In this document: in pieces, positions 22,692 to 36,458 of the stretch
How the letters are laid out: every line of letters begins with the position of its first letter
Position numbering within the stretch: position 1 is the first letter of the stretch
NCBI GenBank assembly: GCA_036172245.1
Contig: JAYWIR010000003.1
Coordinates: 5,456,001-5,520,000, forward strand
DNA: 64,000 nucleotides
Direction: 5' to 3'
Source: Raillietiella orientalis
Taxonomy: Eukaryota
The notes under the pieces: model-generated
Told to the model about the DNA's origin: nothing
The model's input: the letters and a program-made list of their open reading frames with translations, nothing else
Database searches by the model: none
Translations under genes and position numbers: made by a program

Positions 22692-23799
22692 CTAAACGGA
22701 AAAGAGAAGAGATCGCATTAGCAACTGGATGGAGGCGGACCCTCCCTCCCCCCTCCCCATTCTCCAGAGGAAAAAAAATCGATAAAGATGATCGTTCGGA
22801 ACGAGACGATGCTCGTGATGCAGGACGTTTCCACGGGTGTGCTGGGAAGCAACTTTTTGCCAAAACGTCTGCACATCTCGTCGTCCCCCCCTTCCAGCAG
22901 CGTCCGGAAGCACTTCAGCCCACAGAGCATCACCTCATGCTTATGTCACGAGAGCTGCACACGGAAAGCGATGCTGCGATTTCCCTCCCTTGCCTGTTCC
23001 CGACACAAAACTGGATTGCACGCCTTGCGCTCATGCCGGTGATGCAGACGACTAGCGGGGAGAAGTACTGTCAGCTGTGCATGTATCCTTCGGGGTATTC
23101 CCCCTTTCCCATTTGTGAATTATTTCTAATGCGCATCGGCAAACCGGAAGAGAAGATGAAATGAACTTCTTGTGCGCGCTGGATTTTGCAGAGACGCTTC
23201 CCATGCGGAAGTGTAAAACGGTGCCGAAGTTTTCTGTTGCACGGAGCGGCAGCTCGCTGCGGGTTACGACCATGTGACCAGTGAAGCGATCCATTCGAAA
23301 ACTTGCTCCTTTTTTTTTTTTTTTTTTTTTGTTGTTGTTGCTGCTGTCGTTCCTTCTCCCCCCTCCCTCCCCTCCCCTGACTCCCTCCTCCCTCATGCAA
23401 GCAAACGAGAAAATGGATGTTCCTCCTCAGTGGTTTCCCCCTAAGTTTAGGTGGATGGATGTCTTTCTGCCTCGGCTGCGAGAGTGCCGCTAAGACCGAA
23501 TCCTCACTTTCTTCGCTTCTTACCAGCAGAAGCCATCGTAAATCAGTGGGAGTCTCCACGACCGAAACGTCACCATTTCAGTCCAGCTCTTGCGATGCAG
23601 TGGAAGCGTCCTCCAGAGCAGCTGCAGGTCTGACGAGGTCTCCAGAGGAAACTGCAGCGCTACCAAAGTGATTTCTGCTTATTTCGAAAGGGAGAGCGCG
23701 CCTACACACACTGTTCCCCATTTCTTTCGTGGCCTCGGCGCTGCCGGTTCTCATATGACACGGAGGGGTCAACCGATAGAAACCTATGCAGTTGGCAAG

Positions 23800-24250
23800 A
23801 TCGCAATGATCATGACGACAAGAGTACCTCGCCGAGAAAGAATCTTGGGAACAAGATGTCGCTGTCTCGAACACAAAAGTCTTCAGGGCAACAGAAGTGT
23901 CCATCTCGAGTTCGGGAAATCCTGCTGGTGCTCCTAGATTCCAGTAGCCAAGGATCCTATCGGAAGCACCAGCAGGAGTCCCAGTTTCCAGAGGACACGC
24001 TGCGCATGCCCGAACCAACCTGCAGCGTTTCCGATTTCCCAGAGAGGGGTGCACAGGAAAGCCTCCTTGGTTGCTGTCCGGCAGAGGCGGAAGCTACCTG
24101 TGCCTTCACTCTGACTTCTTTCATGGATGAGGACACTTGGGGCTCTTCCTCAGAAGAAAAGAAACCAGTGTCTTCGCGCTCTTCATCCAGAACTGTGGAA
24201 GGCATCCACAATATTGGCCTGATGTTGCACGCCCCTTCAGGAATCGACTA
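23800..24250 (-). mobile_element. Possible C-terminal fragment of a P-like transposase
   Basis: QVASASAG (cf. YIAGY), then CAAC and WNLGAPAGFP (cf. CxxC...RGGLxYPS) across a frameshift. Weak. Confidence 0.3.
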
Positions 24251-26399
24251 AGAGTTGATACCACGTTTCAGAGGCTCACTGACGTTAGCTGGACGCTTTT
24301 CCAGGAAACTTAGGAAACGAAGACTCGGTCTCAGTTTCTGAGGCTAAAATCATTCGGAAGCCGTGGAAAGCTCTTTGCTTGATTGCTTTCGTCACCCCTG
24401 AGAAAAGAACACGGAAAATGATACCCATTTCCTAAGATCACCTCCTCCCGATGCATTCCACCTGGAAGCTATGCTGATTTCCTTGTTTTTGAAGTCATGA
24501 AGTGCCCGCGGCGATTCTCTCAAATTGTCCCTGATTGAACTGCTGCTTCCTTCGAACTCTGTATCTTCTCAATTTTGGAGTCCGTGCTGAGATGAGATTT
24601 TTCCTGGAGACTCCGACAAGCTGCCCGAAAGTCCACCATTAAAATTAAAGACTAAAGTTGGCTTTTCAAGAGTATCCTTCGCCTTTCCCCCCTCCCCCCC
24701 AATTTCAATACAAGTTCGTCGCCCTGCTTGCATTTTTTTCGGATCAAGGGAGAGCATCAACTCTCCACAGAATCAGTGCCGCTTCTAAAAAGCCGGTTTC
24801 CAGGGAATTCGCTAGAAGGGTCCTCTTAACACCAAACTTTTCCTTTTCAGATGGGTGTTTCCGTTTGGGTTCTGCAATCTTCCTAATGCCGGTCTTTCCA
24901 GCGGAAACGATGCTGTTGCTCTTCCATGGGAAAGAGTACTATAGATTTTCGAGGAATAGAGTGCACGCAGCGCAAGGTCTTTGCTTTCCCTAAGCTCAGA
25001 GAGTATCCCGCGGCTGACTTCCTTGTTGGAAGGGAATCATCCTCCTTTAAAAAAAAAAACACGCTGGAAGACCGGTCATGAAACCCTATTCCCTAACACA
25101 TAAGCTCTTCTATGAATGAGAATCAAGGTCGCTTTACTAGGGTATTTAGAGTTTGGAGGTGGAATCGTGAAGATTCCTTCCGTTTCGATCCTTCCTTCCT
25201 TCTTCTGACTGGATATAGTTTCGAAACTGATAAAGATTTTAACCCTCGTTCGGAAGAGCAGTCTTCCAGGGGAATTCATACTTCAATATGTATCCCCCCT
25301 TTCCCATTTTCCTGGTTCCGAGTCAACGTACCTGGGAATCTTTTTTAGAGTGTCCAAAATGGGAACTGAGGAAGAGAGAGTTCTCTCTTGTGATTTGTAT
25401 CCACATAAATGAAGACGGCCTATGGTCGAAGTCCCTGAATGCCCTTGTCAACAGATGCTTTCCAAAGGTCAGCACTTCAGCTCCGAAACCAAGGATCTAA
25501 TCTATTCGTGGACAGGAAGCATCTCTGTGCATGTCCTGATGCTTCCTTGGATTTTTTCCCCAAATTCCGCTCTTAATAATTTGTTTTCGCCGTGTTTCTC
25601 CCGCATTCCCAACCTTCTTGAAGTGATACGTGCAGATCCAGTTCAGTTATCTGAGGGAAAGAAAAAGAGCCATAATGATGCCGGGATGGGGAAAGATTTT
25701 TAAAAGAGATTATTCCTCCTTGGCCCGAAATCTCGTGCATCAAGGCATGCACATTGATCAAAATTCGTGCAAAAATCGTCCAATGTGAAAGAAAATGTTT
25801 CTCCTCCGTCCTTCCAAGCTGTGTTCCACACCCTTTCAACTCTTAGGAGGCAAAACTGCCCTCACCGCGTGGGGAGTTGCTGTGTGCGACTCTGGAAGTG
25901 CACGAAAGAGGTGTGTGTCCGACTGCTTTCGGGTCGGCTGAAGTGGCATTTTTGCAGCATCCCAGTGGCTACACAGATGGCTACGCACAACAAAACTTTG
26001 TCAAAGATGGCCTCTTCCGAAGTATCCGCGTCCGGCTTGCTCAGAGGGCCAAAGCAGAAAGCAAGATGAATTCAGGTTTCATTGGGAAGGATGATGTCAC
26101 TCGGCTTGTGTTCTGCCAGAAAATTTCGGAACAAATGATGCTAGAAACTCGGCATCTTCGACGTCTTTGCGGAAACAAGAATGATGGCTCAGCCCCACTG
26201 ATTGTTTATTATTGCTTAACTGATTGTTCGATGGAGGAAATATTTTGCACGTTCCAGTGATTTATAATTCGTCAGACTCGATGGCCTCATTGCAAAGGGA
26301 TAAGGCTGGCCGTTGCGATCAGCATCCATTCGTCTCCCGGCTTCGGTGCAGACTCTGACACCCAAAAGCGTCGTAGTCCAAGAGCCTGGGTTGAAAAAT

Positions 26400-27050
26400 T
26401 GATATAAAAAAGTGAGACCATTTTATGTTTGCAAAGGCCTCATTACGAATACGGTCCCTGTTTATTTCTGCAAGAAGCGAAAGCAAAGGCGACACATTGA
26501 GAACCACCATCGTTCCAGAAACACAGGAGTGGCAGTCCCATCTGTTTGAATGAACCTTTGAGAGAACGCACGTGGATGCCGGTGTGGTCAGAATGGGTTG
26601 AAACATCCTGCCCCAACCAAAAGTTCCCGGACCATACCACTACATTCAAGTTGTCTGAGAGACTTTGTTTGAAACCACCAGGCGCTCTCAACAGAAACTC
26701 TCTTGATTCATGGGCCGATGACATCCCATTTTTCGAGCTTGACGATATGACCACACTTTCCCACTCTTTGAGGAAATCGAACAAAGAAGCAAAGCTGCAT
26801 TCATTTTGCTGCAGCGCTCATGGCGTTTTCGGATGCAGTCATGCAGGACCATTGGGGGTCAACATTTGGGGGTGTGTCCGTGATTCACCGACGTCGACAC
26901 GTAAGACAAATTGGATTCCATCTTCAGGTTGCACGGAACTGCTTTATGAGCGCCAAGGAGAATAGAAAAATCCGAATTCTCTTCAAGAAGAGAAAAAGTA
27001 GAGTTTTGTCGTAAGTGTTGTCTGGGATGCAAGAACTTTTACGAAACGAG
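26400..27050 (-). mobile_element. Decayed P-like transposase relic (central part)
   Basis: DVGESRTHP (cf. FDxxNSR), DFLKEWE, then EFLLRAPGGFKQSLSDNLN (cf. YLL...GFKYVLTxxLNQD), in order. Confidence 0.4.
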
Positions 27051-29699
27051 GCATGCAATCAGTATCCTTTCTCCGAATTCTGTTGCCTTCAAGGATGTTT
27101 TGAAGTTTGAAAGCGAAAAACCAAAAGCCCTTTCCTGATAAATATTTCATCGATTCTTCTCTTCATGAAATTGTAGAATGCGCTTCACTGACAACGCAGC
27201 TATTTCTGAAAGAGTCTGCAAATTGGAATCTGCTCATCATACTCGGCAGCAATATCAGTGCTATCAAGGAGAAAAGGGCGCAGCAGCAAGCAGTGGAATA
27301 TCACACGAAAACTTCAGGCCTGTGAGAGATTGATGCAAGAAAGTCTTGAGGAGATGCTGTGGAATGCACAAGCATTTTGAGCACTTCTCATTTCCTCTTC
27401 TCGTGGTCCCGTTCTTCTCTCTCGACATCCTTCCAGGAAGACGGATCCTTCATCAGTGTTTTGCAGAATTCAATTTCCCCTTGAGGGAGATGTAAAATGA
27501 TCAGAGTGTTCCTGGGATACTCGCAGCCTTGAGTCCTGAAGAATGAGGAAGACACAGCGAAGATCTCTTCGTCTGCGTGCACTTCCCCCGACTGGCACAC
27601 GCACGTGGGCAAATACGCCAGCTTTAGTGCAAGAACACCAATGTGGAGTGATCCAGCCCAGCACCTTCCGAGCAAGATTTCCGGTCAAATTTCTTGGTGA
27701 GGGAATCCAAGTTCCCTCCCGTACTGCAGCACCCGCCGAAAAACATAATGAACCTGAACGCGCTGACTTCCCTGGAGCGTCACTCCCGCAAAGAGACGGA
27801 GGTTACAGATACAACCCCCATATTCCTGCTCCTCACGAGCAATCATTATCCTCCATATAGTGTACAGACACAAATATACGCGTCATCTAGGCAGGACCGA
27901 CATCTCTTTACTTCCAGATTCCCGTAACTTACCAAAGACTTGCAGGACGAGCGATATTGTGTGTAGCTACGGGGAAGTGGAGAATGGGAGCGCGCCCTTC
28001 GGAAAGAACCGTGTTGCAGGACCTCAGTCAAATTGCTCCTTTAAACAGGACGGGTAATAGGAAATCAGATGCAGCATTGGGAGCAGGATCTTTATAACCC
28101 AAACACTTGCTTGGCTGTGTGCAATTCTAAGTTATCACGTCTGCTTAACAGGAGATTTAAATGATCCACGTTGACACGAACTGGTTTCTGATATCGACGA
28201 TCATTCGCGCTGCATCCGAGTGTAGCAAAGTGTTTCGGAAGGCAAGTAAAGGGTTCATCAGTTGCTCAAAGACTTCTCTATTCTCTAAGGCCACTGAACA
28301 GACTTTGGGAGAATGGGATGGCTTTGAAACTAGCTGCGAGTCTTTCGTCTCTCTTGCATAGAAGCTGTGAAAGTGACCTGTCGAAATGAAACTCTCCTTC
28401 ATGCTCAGCCTCCAACGGCCTCTTAGCTTTGGGAAGCATCCAGGAAACCTCTTCTTTGAAAGAGCAACCTAATTAGTCTGTATCGTTTGCAACGAACGAA
28501 AGGGTGCCAGTTCACTTCAGGTCGTATATGGACCCGAAAGGTGAATATTGCAATCTGACATTGACTGTGATTTAAGGATCAAGCCTCGAAGTCGAGATGG
28601 GATCCAGAGACGAATGCAGATCCTCCAGGAACTGGATGTTATACCGATTACTCTTGTTCACAACCGGAAAGACAGCAGTGCGGTCGCAGCTAAGAATTCT
28701 GGCTCCCAGCTGTTCACCCACTCAACATGCTGTTGCAGAAGACAGTTTTTTGAGATCGCTAGCAATTTTTTGATGGAGAGGGAAACTATATCGGCAAGGG
28801 GATGCCATTTTATGTTTCTCTGGTTACGCGGGCTGGGCGCTGGTAACATGAACTCTTCAGCGGTGCTACGCGTTCCATGGAACAAAACAGCCCCATCTGC
28901 GCATGCCGTGCGTCAACTCATTCTGCCAGATCTCGTTGCATTGGGGGAGCGCCCTCTTGACTTTATCCCGGAGCACACAATGGAGCCGCGTTTAAATACA
29001 CCCCTTCGTGCACGAGCTGCAGAGGCTGTGGCGAGCCGCTGCTACTTGCTCGGTTGCGGGATCGAACGAAATGGTACGCGTGTGTATCATCTTTTGTTTG
29101 GTCCCGCAACCGAGGAAGAGAAAAAACGCGCAGGTATTTTTCGTGTTAATCCAGTGAGACGCTCTTTCGTTTTTTGTTTGGCTTTGGAAGTTTGGGGCTT
29201 CAAATGGGCTCAAACCAAGAGAAAGTAAACGGGTCGAACGAAAAAGTGGATTCGTTGATCATCGTGCTCTTTTCCTTTAGATGAGCTACGGGTACCATCC
29301 TTAAGGAAGGGTATGTGCAGGAAACATGAATTATTGGACCACGGCAGGTTACTTCGTCGAGCTTCTGGCAACACGCTTAACTTTGACCGAAAACGGGCGA
29401 ATGATCTACAAACAGGGAAGTGAATTAGCTGGAAGCTGGTAGGAGCCAGGAGAAAAGTACGATGCTGTCTTTGCATCGACTGCTTCGGTTTATGAGGGAT
29501 ACAGGGCGGAAGGTGTCGTCTTCCTCGTGCTGAGTCGTGCACTCTAAAGCTTCCCGAGATTTTGGGTCAGAGAGGGTTCCATATTCAGTGAGGGTACTCG
29601 ATGCTGCGTGGCTTCAAACAGCATGCAGTGGGCTGTATGCTTTAGGAGTGTACGGTCTGGGTCACAAAAATTGGTTTCAAGCTCATGAGGACATGGCGT

Positions 29700-31350
29700 C
29701 CTCTATGCTGCTCTAGGAGTTCCCTTATATGCAGGATACGATTTCCCAAAGACTGAAGAATGCACTGGAGATGATGGAAAGCATCACCTGCAGGATACTG
29801 TCCTACTGTTGCTGCATCTTGATCGCAAAAAGATTCTTTCTCTGTTGGAAAGCTGCCGTGAGATTTCTCTTTCAAAACCTTCAGGTATTTAAATCCACAG
29901 GGGGGACCGCCGGTGCCAATCAAATGTTTGATGAATACGGCCATGTTGATGACGTGTCCTCTCACCGGAGAAATATTCTTCTGGATAGGAGAAAACACCC
30001 GGAAAAACGCTTGCTCAAAGAAAGACCAAACACAATGATCCCGTGTCCCTTTCAGGATGCGTTTTTATAGCTAAATGTGCCAACAAGTTTCATGTTATAC
30101 GGTAATCGGGAAGCTTCTATGCTGCGAGAGGAGGACATGCAGCTGAGTAAAGGAACCTTCTCGACGGCAAGAGGCAGGAAGAGCACTGGCTGTCGCTGCC
30201 ATGTTCTTATGGCGCAGTCGAATCCACTCTAGAAAGAACGGTCTTGTTCCCTAGGAGTGAAGCAAAGAACAGGAGGTGGGAAACGCTCATCTGCATGCAC
30301 GGTCTTCAAAGATCACTGGTAGAACTCACATACTACAGCGATATGGATGAAAGTACTTGGGAACGGGACGCTCCTTCCAGTTGATCAAGATGAATTTAGA
30401 ATTCAGTACCTCTGAATGAAGTGGTAGCAAAATGACCCGTTCCCGCGAAGGCTGCCGCGTGGCTGCAGTCTTCGCGCGTGGCGTACAAAGCGTTGCGGGT
30501 TCGAATCCCGCTCTGGGGAGCGTCGACGCCGAGAACGAGAGGTACGGCGTGGGTTTCGAGTTTATCCCGCAGGATGACTCTGGTCAACCATAGGTGGCTT
30601 CGCGGCACTGGTGGAAGCCCCAAAACCGAATGTCCCGTCGATTGCCGGGATTGTAAGTTGACCCTACGGGGTCCTTTCAGGAACCAAGGAGCGACGGTTC
30701 CCTTTGGGTTTCCGCTCCTGTTGTTAAAATGGAGCCGTAACATGGAGCTGGTTGATACCCCCTCGGGAAGGGGCGAGGGGGGGGGTTGCCTCTTCAGAGC
30801 GTAAGAAGCTCTCTGCTTCCTTCGGTTAGCATCCCTCAGAGAAATTGGGAAGCGCCCCTTCAGGGTGCTCTTCAGAGGAGGAAATAGGGAGGAGTTCTCT
30901 TCGGGGTTCCCTCCGGATAGGATAAGGAAAAGATGGTTCCCTTCAGGGTTTTCTTCGAAGACAATTAGGGCGAGGGTTCCCTTCGGGGTTTCCTATGAAA
31001 CATTAGGGGAAGGGACCCCTCCCCCCGGCTCTTTCCTGGATTCATAGGGCGGCACCCTCTCGGGGTACATTAACTAGAACGGATGACCAAAGTTTGGCGT
31101 GGACAGTGGTTCAAGAGCTTCGTGAAACCCTAGACGAAGGGTTGCAGAGCACTTGGAAATAAATGATCTGGACATCAGCTTATGCCCGCGGTGATTTCTG
31201 CCACCTCTGGCTGAATGCACCCTTTTTTCTCCATACTCAAGGGAGAGGAAGTGCTCTCGGGACCAATATGGCAGATGGGGGGTACTGCTGGTCGCGGAAT
31301 TTCGCAGATCGCTTGCAGGTTTCCTTCATTTGGAGCAGTGGTGGTGCGCG
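29700..31350 (+). mobile_element. Decayed P-like transposase relic interrupted by a SINE-like insertion
   Basis: AAVRFLFQNLQVFKSTGGTAGANQMFDEY in ORF 29729 (cf. AALxFL...FKGSxATAxFIxMFD); SNPL*...GVKQRTGGGKRSSA at ~30220-30295 (cf. QDPLE..F..IRQxxGxxxHPS); SAYARG and DGGYCWS after the insertion. Confidence 0.5.
30450..31075 (+). mobile_element. tRNA-headed SINE-like element, copy A
   Basis: Perfect tRNA T-arm/B-box GCGGG-TTCGAAT-CCCGC at 30495-30511. Shares blocks (gcggcactgg, caggaaycaaggag, ctcttcagaggag, ttcctggattcatagggcgg) with the copies at 43882-45162. The 3' part is made of degenerate ~40-bp gggttcccttc subrepeats. Confidence 0.7.
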
Positions 31351-31599
31351 TGTTCTGAAGTTCCGTACGAGAAACTGAACAAGTGGGGAGCATGTGGTGG
31401 GCACAGGACGAAGTCCTCTGTGCAGGAGCAAAAAGATTTCCGTGTCTTGCTGCTGCTTGATGGAGATAAAATTTGGAGTCGTCATGAAAAGGATTTTGAG
31501 GACGCGTCATGAGAAGCACACGAAGAGTGGGCTGGTCAGGCATCCTCCTCAGTAGCGCAAGCGCAGTGTACCTCCGAGAAAAAAGCCAAAGTGACCTTT

Positions 31600-32480
31600 G
31601 AGGAGTTCACGTTCGATAGTGATGTGGAGCAAAAAAGCTTACCTCCTGCTTTCCCAGGGTCCACCTCGAGGGCGCATGTGACTTCGTCGAGAAATGTGTT
31701 GACCGAGGGAAAGCAGATCCTCTGTTGGTGAACACTGTGCGTTGGTACATTTCCTGTTCATCTGCGGAAAGATGCTCCAATTGCGAATTCGTGCATGGAG
31801 TCCGACTGAAAACACTGCCTATTTAGGCAGCAGCAACCAGAGACGTCGTGACCCCCCCGTGCATGGAAAGATATGTAGCATGGAAAAAACCTCATCCACC
31901 GTCTATGAAACCTCGGCCCTATCATCTGGGGACCATGCGATGCAAAAGAATCAAATGCTTGTGGCCTACGACCAACTGATGGAGCATCGACTCCAAGTTC
32001 CCATCGGAGCTGGTGCCTCAGAAGGAATGCTGGGTTATTGCGCTCGATATCTTCTGCACCTGCGGGTGTCCACCGACAGCCATGTAGAAGTAGAAGCCAA
32101 TTAAAAGGAGGAAAGTGAATATCAGGATCTGACTCTTCACTCTCGCTTAGATTATCTGCTTTATTGCGCCTGGCGAATAGATGGAACTTTGGGAGTTTGG
32201 GATCCTAGCTGCTGAAGGCGCTCAGCGTCGTGCGCATGCAATCGGTACGCTTGAAGAAAGGCTCCACGTTCCAACATCCACCGGGCGTATATTGGATGTA
32301 TCAGCCGGGACATCGACATCGACGAAAGGCGCCTCTTGACGACGAATTCTAGAACTTCGTCCTCTAGAAATGGGCGACTGGAAGAACCGACTGCCCCAAA
32401 CTTGCGGATCTTAGAGAATCCCCTGACAACGCTTACCGTTTGCAATAGACGTAGATGAAAAGCAGTCGATCTACTGGGTA
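31600..32480 (-). mobile_element. Decayed pogo/Tigger-family transposase relic
   Basis: PFLEDEVLEFVVKRRLSSMSMSR...ARWMLER..FLQAYRL resembles the CENP-B-type HTH. It is followed by SSDGNLESM (cf. ADGxKLPP) near 32000 and PSVNTFLD (cf. DVSVNKPFK) near 31700. Confidence 0.5.
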
Positions 32481-33899
32481 AAATCGGAACGGATCAACAG
32501 GAGCTATTTGGTTTCTTTTTAACCGGTATGATGAGAAGAAAAAAAATAGGAAGAGGGGTCCCTGTAATGTTGAGAAGAAGCCGACTGGTTTCATCGTGGA
32601 AGCAAAAGAAAACCTCAAAGGGAACAGAAATCTTTATTTCGAGCTTCCATTCTCTTAAGCGCGTAATGGTGATTGATTGAAATTCCAGCTCCTCCATGAG
32701 AGTACCACCAGAGTAGCAGAAAGGAAGAACTGCTGCACATTTGTAAGAAGTGAGGCAATACAAAAGTGGAAAAGTCGGATGCTGCTCGCAACTGCCGATG
32801 AAGGGTCCGCAGAAAAGCGCTTGGGACATCCAAAAAACCTGTCAGCACGTTCCATCCACCAGTACATAACGTACATTAGAAACTCGTGATAAACGAGGAG
32901 TGTTTCAGAAAGATACGAAGAAAAGGAGAAAGTCTGTGGGCGGCATTCGACGTAAATGGAAGGACGCACGCACGGAGAGGAAATTCAACTTTGGAAACCC
33001 TTTGCTGAGGAACCCGCTATCAGTCATCAGAGGAGGACATCCGATACAAAAAGGTTACAATATAAAAGAAGGTCAGAAAAGAGGATGCTGGAACGAGATG
33101 GAGCGCTCGGCGGTGCAACGAACACGAGCGAATCCTCCCAGGCATATGAATGGTACGAGCTGCAAGTGAGAGAATGATGAATATTGCGTCGTCCACGGAT
33201 ATTCAATCCGTCCTTGCTTTCGGGCAAAGTGGAGGAGAGAAGCACCTGTGAGGATCGCGAATGTGGGACGGAGATTCAAAAATTCCCTTGACTGGAATTC
33301 CATGGAAGCTTCAGAGTTACCAACGTCTTCCATTCACTGACACTGAATTCCCTTCTTTATTTACATTTCTCTTTAATGGAGTCGAGTGGCAGTTACATTC
33401 GATAGCATCTTTCTACTGGCTTCACCGAAGTTACGGAGCAGTGCTTATCAAAAAGTCAGTCCACTATTTGTGGAGCATTGCCTACACTTAAAAAACACCT
33501 TTACTCTCACAGGCAGCAGGAAGAGAGTAGAATCAGGAGGTCGGTGTGTAGTTTAAACGGGGATCTTTGGGAACACGACTACGAGCGAAGTCGCCCTCCC
33601 CCATCTCAGCGGATCCAAGGTCGCAGATGGATTCTCATCATTGCAATTGGTTTCAGGTAGAAGTGCCGGATAGGATTCGATTCTTTTATTCGTGTCTTGA
33701 GATAACTTGGGGTGAACATGATGGAAGTCTCCATGTGCAAGAAAACAACAGATTCCTAACTGCTGTTGGGATGAACGAGACGCGACTTTCCCCTTTGTGT
33801 TCCCATGAAAGGAATGGATCAAGATGGAGGAAATGCTTTAAAAACAGGAAGCAAAATTGCCGCTCGAACGGTGATTGATCAAACCTGGAGTCGGGAATC

Positions 33900-35650
33900 T
33901 CGCACGTTTCTTCTCATGGTAGGAACAGTAGAACGTCCTTCTTCAGCATTAGAATTTAATCGTCGATGTCAGCCGAGTCGATGCCAATCCTGTGATGAAT
34001 TGTCCGAGACGCGGATCGAAACAAGCTCCTCCATGGCAAAGAAGCAGAATCTCCCAAAAAATAATGGCCATGAATCGAATAGATGCAGCAGAAGTTGTTG
34101 CTCGAAATCAAGTGGGGATAGAAGCGATCCATCATTGAAGCCACGGTTGCTAAAACAAGAGAGGGATTCGAAGAGCAAGCAGTTCGCACACACACAAGCT
34201 CCCTTTCGACCAAAACTGCTGCAGCAAGCATCCACTGAAAGGGATGGATCGAATGGATAAGACAAGGACTTTTGCTTTCGTGTGACCCGATTAGTTCGGG
34301 TACTCTCCGGCAGGAGTCATCCGCCCATTTGTTCCAGCTGGAGAAGGTAAATTTCACAGCAAAGCCATATCCGCACGTTTGCGAAAAGCAAGAACTGTAT
34401 GGTACAGAAGTGGAAGATTGGACAAAGTGATTTAGGCGATGATTAGCGCAAAAAGGAGAATAGCCTCCACCATTTTAGTGGGCAGGAGGTTCCTGGACTT
34501 GACGCTCGAAAATTTCTTGAGGCAGAAATTCTCTTTATGCGATCGTTAAACGAATACAACCATAAGGAGTTAAGGAAAGGAATAAGGATAGCAAAGAAAC
34601 AAGGAAACCTCTGAAATTCAAGGTGATAAGCGTGGAGGGTCCGTCAGGAAGGGAAAAACGAAATCGAGCGAAGAGTTAAGTGAGGAAGCAATCTTGCCTG
34701 TGTCCTACGCAAAGGCCAAAGATAAATCTCAATCTAGATTCCAATACAATTGATCCATCCATAGGATCCGACTTTGCGGTTACATGAAATTTGGCCACAA
34801 AAGTTCCACGCCTACTTCAGCCTGAGATTCTGTGTCCTAGTTTACAGCCTCCACTTTCAATTCTCCAAATTAAAAGCTTCCGGACGAAACCATTCGTAAG
34901 AGGAACCGAATAGAACTTCCCTTCTTCTTTAGAGATGCTTGTTGCCACATTTGCTACATAGAAACGTTCCAAATACGTTAAAGAAAGCAGTTGAGCGATC
35001 CGTATGCTGCTCTCCTCCAACGAATCAATTCCTCATCTTCAGATGGTCATCCGAAGACGATAGGTAAAGAGATCAAGACAACCTCAGGCTCGGAAATTCA
35101 TCCGTGGACCTGTTATCTAGAAGTCGACGCGAGACGTGTATTCCTTCGATGGAATCATCTGCTCTTTTATCCTTCTTGAAAAGGACATCCATCTTGTGCA
35201 TCATATCTCCGGCACCAACACTCGAGCCTCTAGAACCAAGCTTGTAGAACTTGTAGAACCAAACGGACGATGTTTCGAGGGAAACAGTAGGTCTCCTGTT
35301 TCTTCGGGAGAAAATAGCTCTTTGGGGCAGACGTGGCAAGCATAGAACAACGGACGGAAGGCCCTCGGTGCCTTGCTGAACCAGGGAAATAAATCGGTCC
35401 TCTGGAGACGAGGTTCCCATTCCGAAACAAGCAATCCTTCAAATTCAGTCGGAGTGCTCGTTCTCTGTGATTTTTCCTGTGGCCTTTTCGTTCCATACAG
35501 GATTTCACGGACCAGCTGCGGAAGTGCACCCACCCCTTACACCTCACGAGCTTCCCAAGCCACCCTTCGTCTTTCGCAGCAATCTGACACTAAGTGGTTT
35601 CATTCCGTTTCAGACGCAACTCCCGATGGTCCCCAAACTACTTCTGTGGA
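33900..35650 (-). mobile_element. Decayed P-like transposase relic
   Basis: Ordered remnants: LVSDCC, ALPQLVREIL (cf. PHLLKLxRN), RIAQLLS (cf. KLAAQLLS), CANCLL...GSLLSP (cf. CxxC...GGLxYP). Confidence 0.4.
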
Positions 35651-36426
35651 GGTCACTACACTGGGATTGGGAAGGGCACGTGTGCGCCTCTTCATCACCG
35701 CTTCCGGTTCGCATTGATGGAAATAGGGCTATTTTGACTATCTTTTCCCCGTCTCTCATTCCAATAGAACTCTACAGCATCCTCACTTTGTGTCCGGAGG
35801 AAAGAAAAACCTTGCGAGTTCTGAAAAGTGAGAGAGGAGTTTGTGGGATGGAAGACAGGAAAGGTTCCCGCAGTGATCAAAAATTTTCCTTTTCCGCGCC
35901 TCCCCGTCTCCTTCCTTCCATCCTCCACGGCGTTTATCTTGTCTGAGAGAACTTTTCAGTGAAAGAGCGAGCGTCAGAGAAGGAGATAAAGGTGGAGCAA
36001 GGATCTTAGGGTGGGAACCTGGGAAAATCATTTCCTGGAAAGATTAGGCACTTCATCTCGCAATGATTTCCGAGTAATCAGGCGACCCTTTGCTCTTCTC
36101 TTTTTCAGGGTATTCGCTTTCTCTTTCCTCTTTTTTTGTCGATGCTATTCCCCCTTGGACGAGGGGGGGGGGCACCTCCAGACGACAGAGTCTAAAGACG
36201 ACCTCTACCGCGCAAGATTGAGGACCATCCATCCACGACTACATGCAAGAACGAAGGAGAGTCCTCTGCTGCTGTTGGCGGATGATCGTAGGCTGTCTTT
36301 GCAGGGAAATACAAGCTGCCGCTGAAATAGCGGCTGTCGCTCCTTAATCTGCTGGATGCTTTCGGATGCAGCTGTCAAGGTTCACTGGAAGTCTTCTTCA
36401 GGAAGGAGCAACACCAACAAATAAGT

Positions 36427-36431
<5 letters not shown>

Positions 36432-36458
<27 letters not shown>
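36432..36458. repeat. (TC)n microsatellite
   Basis: Directly visible. Confidence 0.95.

Noticed and set aside
30455..30515. Functional tRNA gene
   Set aside because: The T-arm is perfect, but no convincing acceptor, D or anticodon stems and no oligo-T terminator were found; it continues into a repeat body.
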